From: Cirrosporium novae-zelandiae
Taxonomy: Eukaryota
Length of the DNA stretch: 64,000 nt
Reading direction: 5' to 3'
NCBI GenBank assembly: GCA_026023565.1
Contig: JAPETS010000037.1
Coordinates: forward strand, 186,001 to 250,000
The stretch's first letter is position 1. Every line of letters begins with the position of its first letter. Below are positions 12,658-23,965 of the stretch, one piece after another. Both the position numbers and the translations under genes were made by a program. The notes beneath the pieces were generated by a model. It was not told where the DNA came from, made no database searches, and was given only the letters and a program-made list of their open reading frames with translations.

Positions 12658-13431
12658 CCTAAATTTTCCACTGCATGAAAAAAAAATTCTTTCCTTTGTT
12701 TAGTTTCCATCGTCTATTGCATGTGTACGAGAATGTTGGAAACTAGACAAAATGTCTCGCATGGCGTTCTTGGAGTATTACGGCTGGTGTTTTCAGATCC
12801 GGTTTTGGGATGGTGGGGGTGGTGGTGTGTGGTGGGGTATCTATATTTGCATGAACCTAGGTACTCAACTAACGATGGCTTTGGGGGAGTCTTTTTTACG
12901 AATATTGCATGTGTTGTGTTGTGTTGTATTGTGTTTGTTATACCTCATATCAGGCCAGACAAAACGAGACAAGGCAAGACAAGGCAAAACAAGGCTATAT
13001 ATAGCCAGGAAAAATAACCCAGGTTTTTGCAAGTTTGTGGATATATATGTGTGTGTAACGGTTTCTTCTTTCTTCTTTCTTTCCTTCTATTAATAAATAC
13101 ATAATAATAAAAGAAATTAACAAGTTTAATTAATTAGTTGAGGTTGAGGTTGGCTCATCAATATATTAATATTTGTTAGTGTATTTGTATGTGTAGTTTT
13201 GATATATATATATGATGTTATATTTTGATATTGGGGGATTTGTATCCGCTTCAGTTGGGTGGATGTGTGGTATCGATATTGATATACCGATACTTGTGTG
13301 TTGCTTTTTAAGTTTTGGTGGGTGGATGGGTTGTGGGTTGGCTGGTAGGTGGGTAAGTGTGATGTTGGAGTATCGACTTACCTCCTCCTCTTCATCCTCC
13401 TCCTAAACTTCCACCACCACCACCTACCCGA

Positions 13432-14207
13432 TTACTCCTCTCCTATTACCCCATCCCCACCCCCAGTTTTCCTCCTCATCCCCCCCACCTCCTCACAAAA
13501 AACCCACTCCCCACTCCTCCCACCGCCCTTTTCCAAAACCCTCACCCCCTGCAAAACACACCCGCGATCAACAGCCTTAACCATATCAATGACGCTCAAC
13601 CCGGCCCCAACAACGGCGCATAAGGCTTCCATCTCTACGCCTGTTTTTTCTATGCATTCGACTTTAGCGAGGATGCAGATGCCGCCGTGGAGGGGTATGC
13701 CTATGTCGTTTTTGTTGTTGTCCTTGTCTTTCTCACCAGAAGAAGAAGTGGGAGCAGGTTCCACAACCACCACCTCCACCTCCACACCCGTAAGTCCAAT
13801 ACCCGAATGGCATAGCGGTACGAGCGTGGGACAATTCTTAGCAGCCATGATCCCCGCGATGCGAGCGACAGAGAGCACGTCGCCTTTTTTTAGGGCGTGG
13901 TTCTTTATTAGGGGCAGCGGGTGGGGGGTCGAGAATTGGATCGTGCCTTGGGCGGTGGCGTGGCGGTGGGTGGGGGGTTTGGAGGTTATGTCGACTTGGT
14001 GGATGGTGCTTGTGGGGGTTAGGTGGGGGAGTTGGGGTTGTTGGGGTGGGGACGGGGATGGTGGTGGTTTGGTGGAGAAGAGCCGGGGGAGGATTCGGAT
14101 TGAGGGGTGGGTGGGGGGTTGGCGGTGGAGGAGGTTTGTTGAGATATGGGTCCATGGTGAGGTGGGGAATGGTCGTATGGTGGTGGTAGCGGTGGTAGCG
14201 GTGTTAC
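13432..14207 (-). CDS. MOCS1: Cyclic pyranopterin monophosphate synthase (MoaC/MOCS1B) exon, probably reached by splicing from MoaA
   Basis: Frame open from about 14238: LPHLTPTSTIHQVDITSKPPTHRHATAQG...KKGDVLSVARIAGIMAAK..LVPLCH...KTGVEMEAL...IDMVKAVDR...EKGGGRSG. No in-frame ATG upstream of the domain. The 5' boundary is an inferred acceptor. Confidence 0.88.
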
Positions 14208-14485
14208 CTTTTCCGACAAAGAAATTAGTTGCAGGATTCTATAGATTAGGTGCATGGCCTGTTCTGATGCAGGCTTGAAATGACCGTCTTGAAAAGGGAT
14301 ATATATATCACACAGTACAGGCGTAAAAGAAACTTCCAATGATTAAAATCGTATGATTAATATTTTGCAGGCGGCGTATCATATAATGACAAAAAAAAAC
14401 ATATCGCCGGACATGCCTTTTCCCACTCTGACATCACTATAGTACACAGAGTAAAAGATATAAAAACACAATTTGGGGTCAGAGC

Positions 14486-15823
14486 TTACCCACCAATCAA
14501 TATCATCGGCCGGTTCTTCATATGTTCCAGCTCCCCCATCCCGGCATGACGCTCCTTCTTCCGTTTTACGGCCATGCCAATCACCTCTAGAAGCTCTTGC
14601 TCCCTTTCGCTCCAGCCCAGGGGTCCTGAACTACCCCCGGCAGCTATCCGTTCCATTTCCACTTGTTTGATAGCTTCCATAGCTTCTTCGTCGATGGGTT
14701 TGCCCTCATTACCCTTCCGTAATAAATCTCGCAACGATACTTCATTATTCCCAAACAAACAGACTTTTAGATTGCCGTCGCCCGTGATGCGTAAGCGATT
14801 GCAGGTTCCGCAGAAGTTATGTGTCATGCTCGTGATAAATCCTACCCGTCCCTGAAAGCCCGGGACCTCAAAAGTCTTGCTGGTATCATTTTTTGAATCC
14901 TGTACTTTCCGCAGGCCAGGGTACTTTTCGCGAATAAGCGACAGCATTTCCTTATACGATAACATTTTATTCTGGTTCCATTTATTTCCATCAAATGGCA
15001 TATATTCAATAAAACGTACTTCGAGATTTTGGTCGCGGGTAAGTTCGAGAAAGGGGATTATCTCTCGCTCGTTGATCCCGCGCATCACAACGCAATTGAG
15101 TTTCAACTTAATGTTTGCGCCCAGACGGTTCATTTCAAGAATGCGAGAAAGGGACTTCATGACGGCGGGAAAGGCATTGCGTCGAGCCATTAATTGGAAT
15201 TGAAAAGGGTCCAAGGTGTCGAGGGAGAGATTCACGCCTGTCAGGCCGGCTGAGACAAGGCTATCGAGCTTACGGTGAAGGGAGACGCCGTTTGTTGTTA
15301 AACAGAGCTCTTCTAGGCCATTTCGACGTAATTCACCGATTTGAGTCATAAGAGGTATTATATCTTTGCGTATGGTAGGTTCACCACCCGTTAGACGGAT
15401 CTTATTGACCCCTTGCGAAACGAAAAGGGAGGAGAGGTAAACAATTTCTGGCGTGGTAAGAAGAGATGGTGGAGGGGAGAGAGGAACACCCTCCTCGGGC
15501 ATACAATAGAGACATCGCAAATTACAACGTTCGGTTATCGAGATGCGGAGATAGTTGTGTTGTCGAGAAAAGTTGTCTGTCAGAAAATGCGAAATGGGCT
15601 TCACATTCTTGGGAAGAATTCTTTTTCGTACAGCTTGTTCAGGTAGGTTTAGAGGAGCAATTGGGGAGGGGATGTCGTAGGCTGGCGTTGCAGGAGTGGG
15701 GGATGATGGGGTAGCTGTTGATTCCCCTCGGAATTGATGAGTGGAGACGGGAACCGAGACTCGGAGGCGCTTTGTCGGCCTCAAGAGCACCATAGACGAG
15801 CGATTCATAAGAGAGCCTCCCAT
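14486..15823 (-). CDS. MOCS1: GTP 3',8-cyclase (MoaA/MOCS1A), radical SAM, with N-terminal mitochondrial-presequence-like region
   Basis: [19 protein letters not shown] (CxxxCxxC), [16 protein letters not shown]...KVCLF second cluster, and the C-terminal RPMILIGG double-glycine end. Confidence 0.96.
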   Translation of the reverse strand: MGGSLMNRSSMVLLRPTKRLRVSVPVSTHQFRGESTATPSSPTPATPAYDIPSPIAPLNLPEQAVRKRILPKNVKPISHFLTDNFSRQHNYLRISITERCNLRCLYCMPEEGVPLSPPPSLLTTPEIVYLSSLFVSQGVNKIRLTGGEPTIRKDIIPLMTQIGELRRNGLEELCLTTNGVSLHRKLDSLVSAGLTGVNLSLDTLDPFQFQLMARRNAFPAVMKSLSRILEMNRLGANIKLKLNCVVMRGINEREIIPFLELTRDQNLEVRFIEYMPFDGNKWNQNKMLSYKEMLSLIREKYPGLRKVQDSKNDTSKTFEVPGFQGRVGFITSMTHNFCGTCNRLRITGDGNLKVCLFGNNEVSLRDLLRKGNEGKPIDEEAMEAIKQVEMERIAAGGSSGPLGWSEREQELLEVIGMAVKRKKERHAGMGELEHMKNRPMILIGG

Positions 15824-16190
15824 AGTTAATAGACAGAAAGGAGAAGGACAGTAAGGAGGAGAGGAAGAAAATATGAGGGAAATTGGGGCCGTTGAGACCT
15901 TTCGGGGCAGGCAAATGGGGTAGTCCAGAGCTTTTATCTGATTAGACTACCACAGTAATTATCTATTACAGGATGACGTCTGACTGAGTCATCCGCCAAG
16001 ATATCAATTACTTGTAGATACCTAGCTATGTACTATACCGTACTGTACTGTACTATACATGATGGTCTAACTGGCTGCTATTGGCCTGATTTTTCTCTAA
16101 TAATTCCATCCACAGTAGTAGGACGGAACAAAGCATTCCATGCAATAGACTATACAATAAATCCAGCTTAATTTTCATCTCACATCGCAC

Positions 16191-19100
16191 CTATTTGCCC
16201 TCAAACAGCTTCGTCAGGGCAGGTTCGAGTTTCTCTAACTCCGCAATCTCCCCAAGCTTGACCCTCATATAATCAAATGCAACGCCAACTTTCAGATCAA
16301 GGTCCATTTCTTGGTCATCCTGGGCTTCCTTCATTATCATGTCTGTAGATCGGGGCGAGGTGGTTGATGAGTACCCAGCAACCTCATGTTGTTGTCGTCT
16401 AGGAGACCTTGTAGAGTTTCTCGACGAAGTATTGCTTCGTCTAGAAGGCCTTTGACTTCCCCGAAGGATTGTACCTTCTTGTGGGGGAGATGTACTTCGC
16501 CTACCAGAATTCATAGATCCCCGTCTGGCTGTCTTCGCATTTAGCACCGAAATACTTGTATTGCCATCTGACTCCATGCTGTAGGCTTGACCTGCCACAT
16601 TCATCCTACCACGTTCTACAACTCCATCCTTTTCTTCTCCCCATACTTCAGTTTCTTCCCCTTCCTCTTCTGCTAGCCTCTTCGACTTTATCTTCACCTT
16701 GTTTAGAACAGGAAGCTTCTGATATCGTTGAGAAAAATGGGTCAATATGGCACGGCGATTTTTCATTGCACAAGCAACGGTCAAGGCTTCCGATGTTGTC
16801 GAATGTTTTTTAGCCATGGCGTCGACCTGAAGTTCATCGTCAAAGGTTGCCTCATGAATTAAGAGATGGCAATTCTGACTCAGATGATGCCGTGCCCATT
16901 GCATGCATGGCCGGCAATCACCAGAGTATCCAACTTTGAGACCGCTTGGGAAAGCAATGGTGAGAGCCAAGGCGCCTTTACAATGGTCCACAGGCGTAGC
17001 GTGGAGATCAGATAGCCCAACGGCTGATGCAACTGAAGATACCGGAACAGCATGGCCATGCCAGGTCAAGGTTCCGGATGGGGCAACTGCTGCTATCGGC
17101 ATGACTCTCGAATAACCAAAGTCTTCAACGGAAGCATATTCAGCAAGCCAAGAGATCATGCCTTCATCAGAAATCACAGCGAGACGCTTGTTTTCGCTAT
17201 TTGAAGATATCTCTGAAAGAACTGACTCTGGAGAGAAAGAAGAAGGGTCGGTCACATCAGGTCCTGGGGTAGAATACCCCCCATGAACGGTTTGGTACCA
17301 AGCCTTGATAACTGAGGTAGTACCAAGGTGATGGTCTGCATGCAAATGACTGATCCAAATCATTTTGAGATCATGTAAAATCTCTGTGAGCTGTTCTGGA
17401 GTAAACACCCGGCGAAGCTGGCCAAGTGTGTTCTCTCCACAATCAAATAAGTAGGATCCAAACCCAGGGACACGAAGTAGGGTCGCAGAGACATTCCGAT
17501 ATTTCGATGGCAAAGCGGATCCAGTACCAAGGGTGACAATCTCCGCATCTTGACTCGGAATATCGGCTTGGACTTTTTTGAGGTGAGCTTTGAATTCAGG
17601 GTCTGAAACTTGTTCCTGGGCTTTTCTTGCGAGAGCTAAGACTTCGGATGGAGTCTTTCTGACAACCTCGGCCGTGTTTAGGAAAGGAACGGTTTCAGCG
17701 TTACTGGATCCGGTATCTGGCTCGAGATGAAACATCTCTCCTCTTTTTGCTGGTGAGAATAACAAGTCGTCTCCAAGAGATTCATCCGGGACTCCATAAC
17801 CACTCTGAGGCAAGGTTGTATTGTCATGTACTGGCACAAAAAACCTCTGTTTGTCAATTTGATGTAATTGAATAGCGCTGGATGCTGCACTAGTAAATGC
17901 TAGATAGTTAGGACAATGATCTCGGGATGACACAATGTGCTTGACCTTGTCCATTCCTTCACAGAACTGCCTCAAGCGTTCGTCCCGGCTGACTCCAGGT
18001 CCTAGTATCCAGATTATTGCTGCAATTCCCTTCATAATTTCCAAATCTTTCCATTCTGGTCGTGATATAAGGTTTTCAACATATTCCATGCTCGGAAGAT
18101 CAATCACTGCAATCCCACAGCCGGGCCGATCTTCTCCTATGACCATTTCAGGGGTGATTGTCTTTCCATCTGTTGATTGAACCGATTCTCCACGTGTTAG
18201 CATCCCTCTGTCCTTGGGTCTGATTTTTAGCTCCTCCGCCTTTTTTGCATCGAACTTCCCGCGGCGAGTATATGTCTTTATGATGTAGGATACAGATTCT
18301 TTTGAAGGCTTTGTTGGTGGCAGACCTGCAACAATTGCTCCTGGCCAAGGCTGACGAGCGAGAACAGTAATATTTGGCACTGGATCCCCAGGGCCCGGCA
18401 ATTTCAATCTTTTTAGTTTGTTTGTCATAGGGTCCAAGAGATAAGCATTTGCACCGTCGTGTATATCCTTTAAGGGAGTTTCAACCAGTTTATCCATTCT
18501 CCATTCAGAGTTGAACATCTCATGCACAATAGCATTCCGAAATTTCTGGTCTCTGTCAGGGTCATCTGCGCTAACTTCCTTGTCAAACTCATCCCAGGAT
18601 CTCTTTCTGAGAGAAGACGGACAAGGGAAATGATGAGGTTGTTCACTCTGCGATGTCGAAGGAGAGATGGGCATGGCCCATATTTTCACATTTCCATCTG
18701 TCCAGTTTGGCTCTCTGGGTCCCTTGAGGTCCTTATCTATGCTTCCAAGGAGCTCGTGAACTTTCACAGGCATCCCTTTCCTAAAGATAAACCTCCTCGC
18801 AGTAGCCAGACTATGCGTCAAATTCATTGCGCCATGAATAGTTAACGAAGTCCTCGAGGGTGGTGGTTCTTGCTTTGTAGGGATCCCTTTTTTGCCACCA
18901 TTTTGGAATTGTTCCCTTCTTATTCGTTTTTTCTCGGCATTTTCTGCAATAGAGGCTGCGGAACCATTCGTCGCATCTGCAAGGTTCAAAATCATTCCAA
19001 TCAAGCCACCAGTACTACTCCATTCTGTCCGACCCGTCAGGAAGAAATCACTGACTTTCCCAAGCTTTACACCCCGCTGAATGCATGCTCGAGATGTGCC

Positions 19101-19208
19101 CTCCCCGATATTGCCCAGGAGATAGCGCTTATTCTCAAAGTGCAGAAGGATGGTGGTACCAGAAGTGTCGGAGGTGGGAGTAGTGATAAACTGGATGTAG
19201 GATCTCAT
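16191..19208 (-). CDS. TRZ1: tRNA 3' endonuclease RNase Z, long form (ELAC2/Trz1)
   Basis: LGNIGEGTSR, TLGTGSALPSKYRNVS, DCGENT, SHLHADHH, YSGDCRP, HEATF, HSTT and LTHFSQRY motifs. Intronless 1005 aa. Confidence 0.96.
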   Translation of the reverse strand: MRSYIQFITTPTSDTSGTTILLHFENKRYLLGNIGEGTSRACIQRGVKLGKVSDFFLTGRTEWSSTGGLIGMILNLADATNGSAASIAENAEKKRIRREQFQNGGKKGIPTKQEPPPSRTSLTIHGAMNLTHSLATARRFIFRKGMPVKVHELLGSIDKDLKGPREPNWTDGNVKIWAMPISPSTSQSEQPHHFPCPSSLRKRSWDEFDKEVSADDPDRDQKFRNAIVHEMFNSEWRMDKLVETPLKDIHDGANAYLLDPMTNKLKRLKLPGPGDPVPNITVLARQPWPGAIVAGLPPTKPSKESVSYIIKTYTRRGKFDAKKAEELKIRPKDRGMLTRGESVQSTDGKTITPEMVIGEDRPGCGIAVIDLPSMEYVENLISRPEWKDLEIMKGIAAIIWILGPGVSRDERLRQFCEGMDKVKHIVSSRDHCPNYLAFTSAASSAIQLHQIDKQRFFVPVHDNTTLPQSGYGVPDESLGDDLLFSPAKRGEMFHLEPDTGSSNAETVPFLNTAEVVRKTPSEVLALARKAQEQVSDPEFKAHLKKVQADIPSQDAEIVTLGTGSALPSKYRNVSATLLRVPGFGSYLFDCGENTLGQLRRVFTPEQLTEILHDLKMIWISHLHADHHLGTTSVIKAWYQTVHGGYSTPGPDVTDPSSFSPESVLSEISSNSENKRLAVISDEGMISWLAEYASVEDFGYSRVMPIAAVAPSGTLTWHGHAVPVSSVASAVGLSDLHATPVDHCKGALALTIAFPSGLKVGYSGDCRPCMQWARHHLSQNCHLLIHEATFDDELQVDAMAKKHSTTSEALTVACAMKNRRAILTHFSQRYQKLPVLNKVKIKSKRLAEEEGEETEVWGEEKDGVVERGRMNVAGQAYSMESDGNTSISVLNAKTARRGSMNSGRRSTSPPQEGTILRGSQRPSRRSNTSSRNSTRSPRRQQHEVAGYSSTTSPRSTDMIMKEAQDDQEMDLDLKVGVAFDYMRVKLGEIAELEKLEPALTKLFEGK

Positions 19209-20217
19209 TAGGCGCCAGTTTACGCCTCGCGCTCTGAGAGACAGATTGAGTGAGGTTGAGGGTGAACGAAGACGTAGCCTCCGTATGTTCAGTTATAATC
19301 CTTGCGGAAGTGAAGTAATATAAATAATTTTCGGACAATCAAGTTAGTTATTCTCAAATCGAGCATAGAGGCTGCGAAGACGATAAGAATACCCAAGGGA
19401 GTGATGATCAGAAACTAGAAGGTAATGCTCTATTAAAGCTTCAAATTAGTTTGAAATTGACATGAGAACAGTCATCGAGGTAGAGAAGGAGTATGAGTCA
19501 AGATTGAATGAGTGGACTTGGGGAGGGTAATAAAATATAATGATGACTTGACTGCAGAGTGAATGTACGGATCAGAGCTTTGGTTTTTTTTTTTCGTGGG
19601 CGGTCAGAACTTCTACCAATCACACACATGAATATTAATTCCACCGCGGCAGTAACAACTACATAACCTTCTGGTACGGATTGTTGGGCTAAGGGCTCCC
19701 TTCCTGCTTATTGCCCGTCGCTTCCTTATAATTACACTTGGTATATACCCCGCCCAACGGGCGACATAGACTTATTAGAAAAAACAACAACTTCATCCAT
19801 TCTGCTTTCCCATGACCACCATGTTCACCACCTTCAAATGATAATATGTGAAAAATAGTGAATATGACTCTAAAATATCTCATCACAAATCTACCTCATC
19901 TGATTAGTAATAATAAGAGTCACTAACCTTGTACAGATTCCACAAACTCCAGGAGGGAATTACAGAAATAGAGCATGATGAGAACGGAAAGAGGGCGAAA
20001 GTAGGGCGCATCTTTTCATGTTATATTTATTCCATTGCAGGCACCTCTATATTTACATAACACCCAATAGCCGACCCACAAATCTCTACCTAGTCTCCCC
20101 AAACTCCAAGTACAAACGTATAGCCTTATCTGTCAGGCATTCCCACCCAGTTCTCAGCCTGGACAGGCTTGGTAATAACAAATGAAATTCGTGACCACAG
20201 CCATCATATACAAACAC

Positions 20218-22096
20218 CTAGAAATGGGGAATCAAACAATCCAAGCGCAAACAACTTGACTCCATATCTGAACATAAGCGCTCTAACCGATCCATAGCTG
20301 CTGCGCTGATTTCACCATCGTCATAATCATCTCCCACTACCAATTCGATGCGAGAAAAGACCTTCTCCACTCGGATGCTGCCAAATAGCTCTTCAGTATC
20401 GTCGACCTCCTCAACTTTCCCCATCTCGGAAGACGTAGGAGTATTAGGAGAATCGACAAACAGAGCGAAGTGAGGATCAGATTCATCAAGTTCTATTTCA
20501 GGATCTGGCGTCGCAACCGGCTCATTGGATTCTACTGCCTTGGGAAGCGTAGGAGGGGTCTCAACACAGGGTGTTTGATCTTTCTCGTCGTCGGAGAAAC
20601 CTAACACGGAGCTAGATGTCTTCTCAGACAATATTCCACTATCAATGTGATCTACTGCAGGGCCTTCAGGGATGGAAGTGAGAGCATAGACTTGGGCGTC
20701 GTTGACAGGTAGTCCAGAGCCATAGTTGTAATTATTGTCAATACTCAAGGTGTTGAAATCCATGGTTGTTTCCGGAACTAAGGTCATACCGATTTGCATG
20801 TTATGTTGCTGTTGTGTGAGATGGTGTGGATTTGGATCCTTGGGAAGATTCTGCGAAGTCATCTGTTGAGGAGCTTGCATACCAGCTGGGAGGACACCTC
20901 CATTGTTACTCAAGTTGTCTAAGAAACCCGAGAACGCTGATGAGGAAAGAAGCATTCTCGTCAAATCAGACAAACGCTTGTTCTCTTCCATTAGGGCACG
21001 GTTGTGAATCTTGAGATCGTTAGCCTCGTTTGTCCTAGCGGCAATTTCCCCTTCTAGTTGACTGATGTATTCTAAAACCTGTTAGCAGTTTCTACACCAA
21101 AATTAAGAGAGCGAATGTACCTTTTCTTCGTGATCGGAAGGCACGAGCAGAGACCTTGTTTCTCAGTTGACGGCGCTCCTTACTGCTGAGTTTTTTCCCC
21201 TCCTCGCTATTTAGAAGCCTCTCGTCTTCATCCATGTCTTCTTCATCCTTCTTTACACGGACTTGGTGTGGCATAGCATTGGAAGAGGAAGCATTTTCAT
21301 CATAGGAGACCACGCTGCTTTGCCGCATCTGGCTTAGCAAACGGGATATACGTTCTTCAACCATGGGATCATTTGGACTGTAAGCATTTGAACCCGAAGG
21401 ATGACCCCCTTGTGCTTGGGCTTTCTGACGCTGTTGATTGATAATCTGCTGCTGTTTCTGTTGACGAGCTTGAGCTTGGGCCTTGGCTAGAGCTGCTTGT
21501 TGCTGGTGCATTCCAGGCCAAGCACGTTGAAAATTCTGGCTAGGAATTGTGGGAGCTCCAGATGAGTCCTGTCCACCCACAGCACTAGGATCAACACATT
21601 CAGGCTGTGAATTCTGTGAGTACATTGATGGAACTAGATCACGCTCCGGGGAATCTAATTCAAGGTCCATATCAGGGGTGCCATCACCAAGCATGGGGAA
21701 GCTTCCCATAGAGTCAAAGTCGAATGGAGTCGAGTTCATGCCGAAATAGTTATTATCACTCATCATATTGAATTGTTGCATATTTGCCTCGTTAACCGCT
21801 ATCGTATTAGCCAGCCCTCCAGCCGGAAGGCCAGTCTGTTGTGGATGCAAGTCATATCGATGGCTTGGACCGTTGAAGTTTTGGGCATTTCCCAATTGAC
21901 TTGGAACCGTGACAGGTTGAGGTGTTGCGAAAGAGGGAGGCTGAGTTATGGGTGCCTTTCCCTTGGAAGATGGTGATAATGACGGTGATGGATAAACTGG
22001 ATCATAGTTGATGAAAGACTCCATAGGATCGAGGCAGGCGTTGCTAGCACTGTGAGAGGCAGCAGTTGAAACAGGTAGTTGCGAGGATGTGGCCAT
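20218..22096 (-). CDS. bZIP transcription factor (probably LziP/MBZ1-like group)
   Basis: Intron 21072-21120 joins KKLSSKERRQLRNKVSARAFRSRRK to EYISQLEGEIAAR..L...N..LMEENKRLSDLTRMLL (basic region plus zipper). Gln-rich region present. Confidence 0.92.
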
Positions 22097-23965
22097 TCCT
22101 TTACAGCCTTCTAAACCAAGGCTAATATTTGCGTTTATCGTAAAGATGTTGTTGCGATTGATAAATTTAGATGGTTCTGGGATGGTTCAAGCTCAAAGAT
22201 GAAGACCGAGAAACCGAGTTGTCTAATAGATGGATAAGGAAATTATCGTCGTGAAGGTTGGTATCGCGTGGAAGCGGACGTGGGACAAAAAAAAGTTGTT
22301 CTGGAAGCAGCTTGCGTGGCCTGTGGTAATCACTTAATATAATGGCTGCCTGCAGCGATGTTTTTTAAATCCTCACTTTCAGACTTAAATATGTACGGTA
22401 TTGTATTAATTGCGAACAGTGAATTGAAAAGCTGAGAAGATTATTTATTCAAAGAAAGATTGATGTCGGTAGTAAATTGACTTTTGTGAATTGTAAACGT
22501 TGGATATTGTTGTTTGTTGTTGGATTTGGATAGATGATTTGATTGTTGAATTTGTTGTTTATTGATTGATTGGGGGGCAGGATTGTAAAAACGTGGTAGT
22601 GTAATGAATGAAAGAGTTGAGGGAAGGGAGAAGGAGGAGATGGAAAGAATAGGGATGAATTGGGGGGGGGGGGGGGGAGGGCATTGAAGGCCAAGGAGCA
22701 GGGAGCTTAGAAGAACAGGCTTTTTCTTGCTTTTTTTGCGATTAGCCGTTTCAAGGGAGGCAGTGTTCTTCAGGGATTTGACTGGGGGGGATCCTAAGGC
22801 ACTTTTACTTCACCGGATCCAACGCCGGGGGAGCATACGCGGCCGGTAACCCAAACACCTAATTATTGCATAACTACCCAGATACATAACTACCTAGGTA
22901 TATAACTACACAACTCCAACCACTCAGAGCTTCACGGCCTTTACACGCCGTTACACTCATCCAATAATCATCTTGGACCTATTCCAGGCATCCCTGCACA
23001 GCTGAAGGGCACGTCAGCAACCTAGCCGGACAGGTTTCCCTCCGACTTGCCGACATCCTTATCGGTCAATAAACCTCGGTCGGTCTAGCCAACTCCCGGT
23101 CAACCGCCGCCGAAAAAGTACTTTTGGCCTAAACTTTAGTTTGATTGCTTTTACTTTGATTTATTTTCCATAGGTTCCTTTTCCTTTTCTCCTCTGAAGC
23201 GGTTCCACATGGTGACATGGACCATGCTGACCATGCTGACCACGCTAAAAAAAAGGCTAAACTGATTCGGGTAATTATGCAGTTTATGTTAATTGAATAG
23301 TAAATTCATGTGGAGCCGTTGCACAAGATACTTTTGCAAATTCTTTTCAACTGCCTACCCGAGTTAACTACCCGTTCCAGCACATTGCTATTTACAGTCA
23401 CTACTACTCATAAGTTATAACATCCGTCTCCTCCCCCCCTCATTCTAGAAGAGGTAAAATACGCCTCAATTCATTTATTAACTGCTCAAGTAATTATTTA
23501 TACTTCTTAAGCTATGGGAAAGAAGAAACTGTAGATCTTTTTCAGCCACAGTGAAAAGCCACCGAAAAATTCCCAGGAAAAAAAAAATGAATTACCTCAT
23601 ACTACCACAATAGAATATCATATCCCCTCCCAGTTTATGGGACATTTCGACTTCAATCTTCAATGTAGAAAGGCAGAGAAAAGGTTCATAGATATCCTTG
23701 CATTCGATAAGCCTCACTGAGGTACCTAGGTAACATACCTATGTAATTAATTAAACAGCTTCTCTAGTTCCTGGTCAGGTCAATCTCCAACTACCAAGAA
23801 ATTGATCAAGGATCCAACGACCGAATGATATTTCCAGAACAGAAGACAACAGGCCTCTCTCACTAGACCAATATCATCAAAAGAAATCTCCGACACCATG
23901 TTCCACAGCCTATTCCTTTCGTTCAATTCCAATTGTCCTTTTCATGATTCTTCACTCAGTCGCTT

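Noticed and set aside
13349..14278. 309-aa ORF antisense to MoaC
   Set aside because: Low-complexity C/G-skewed region poor in stop codons; the MoaC motifs are on the minus strand.
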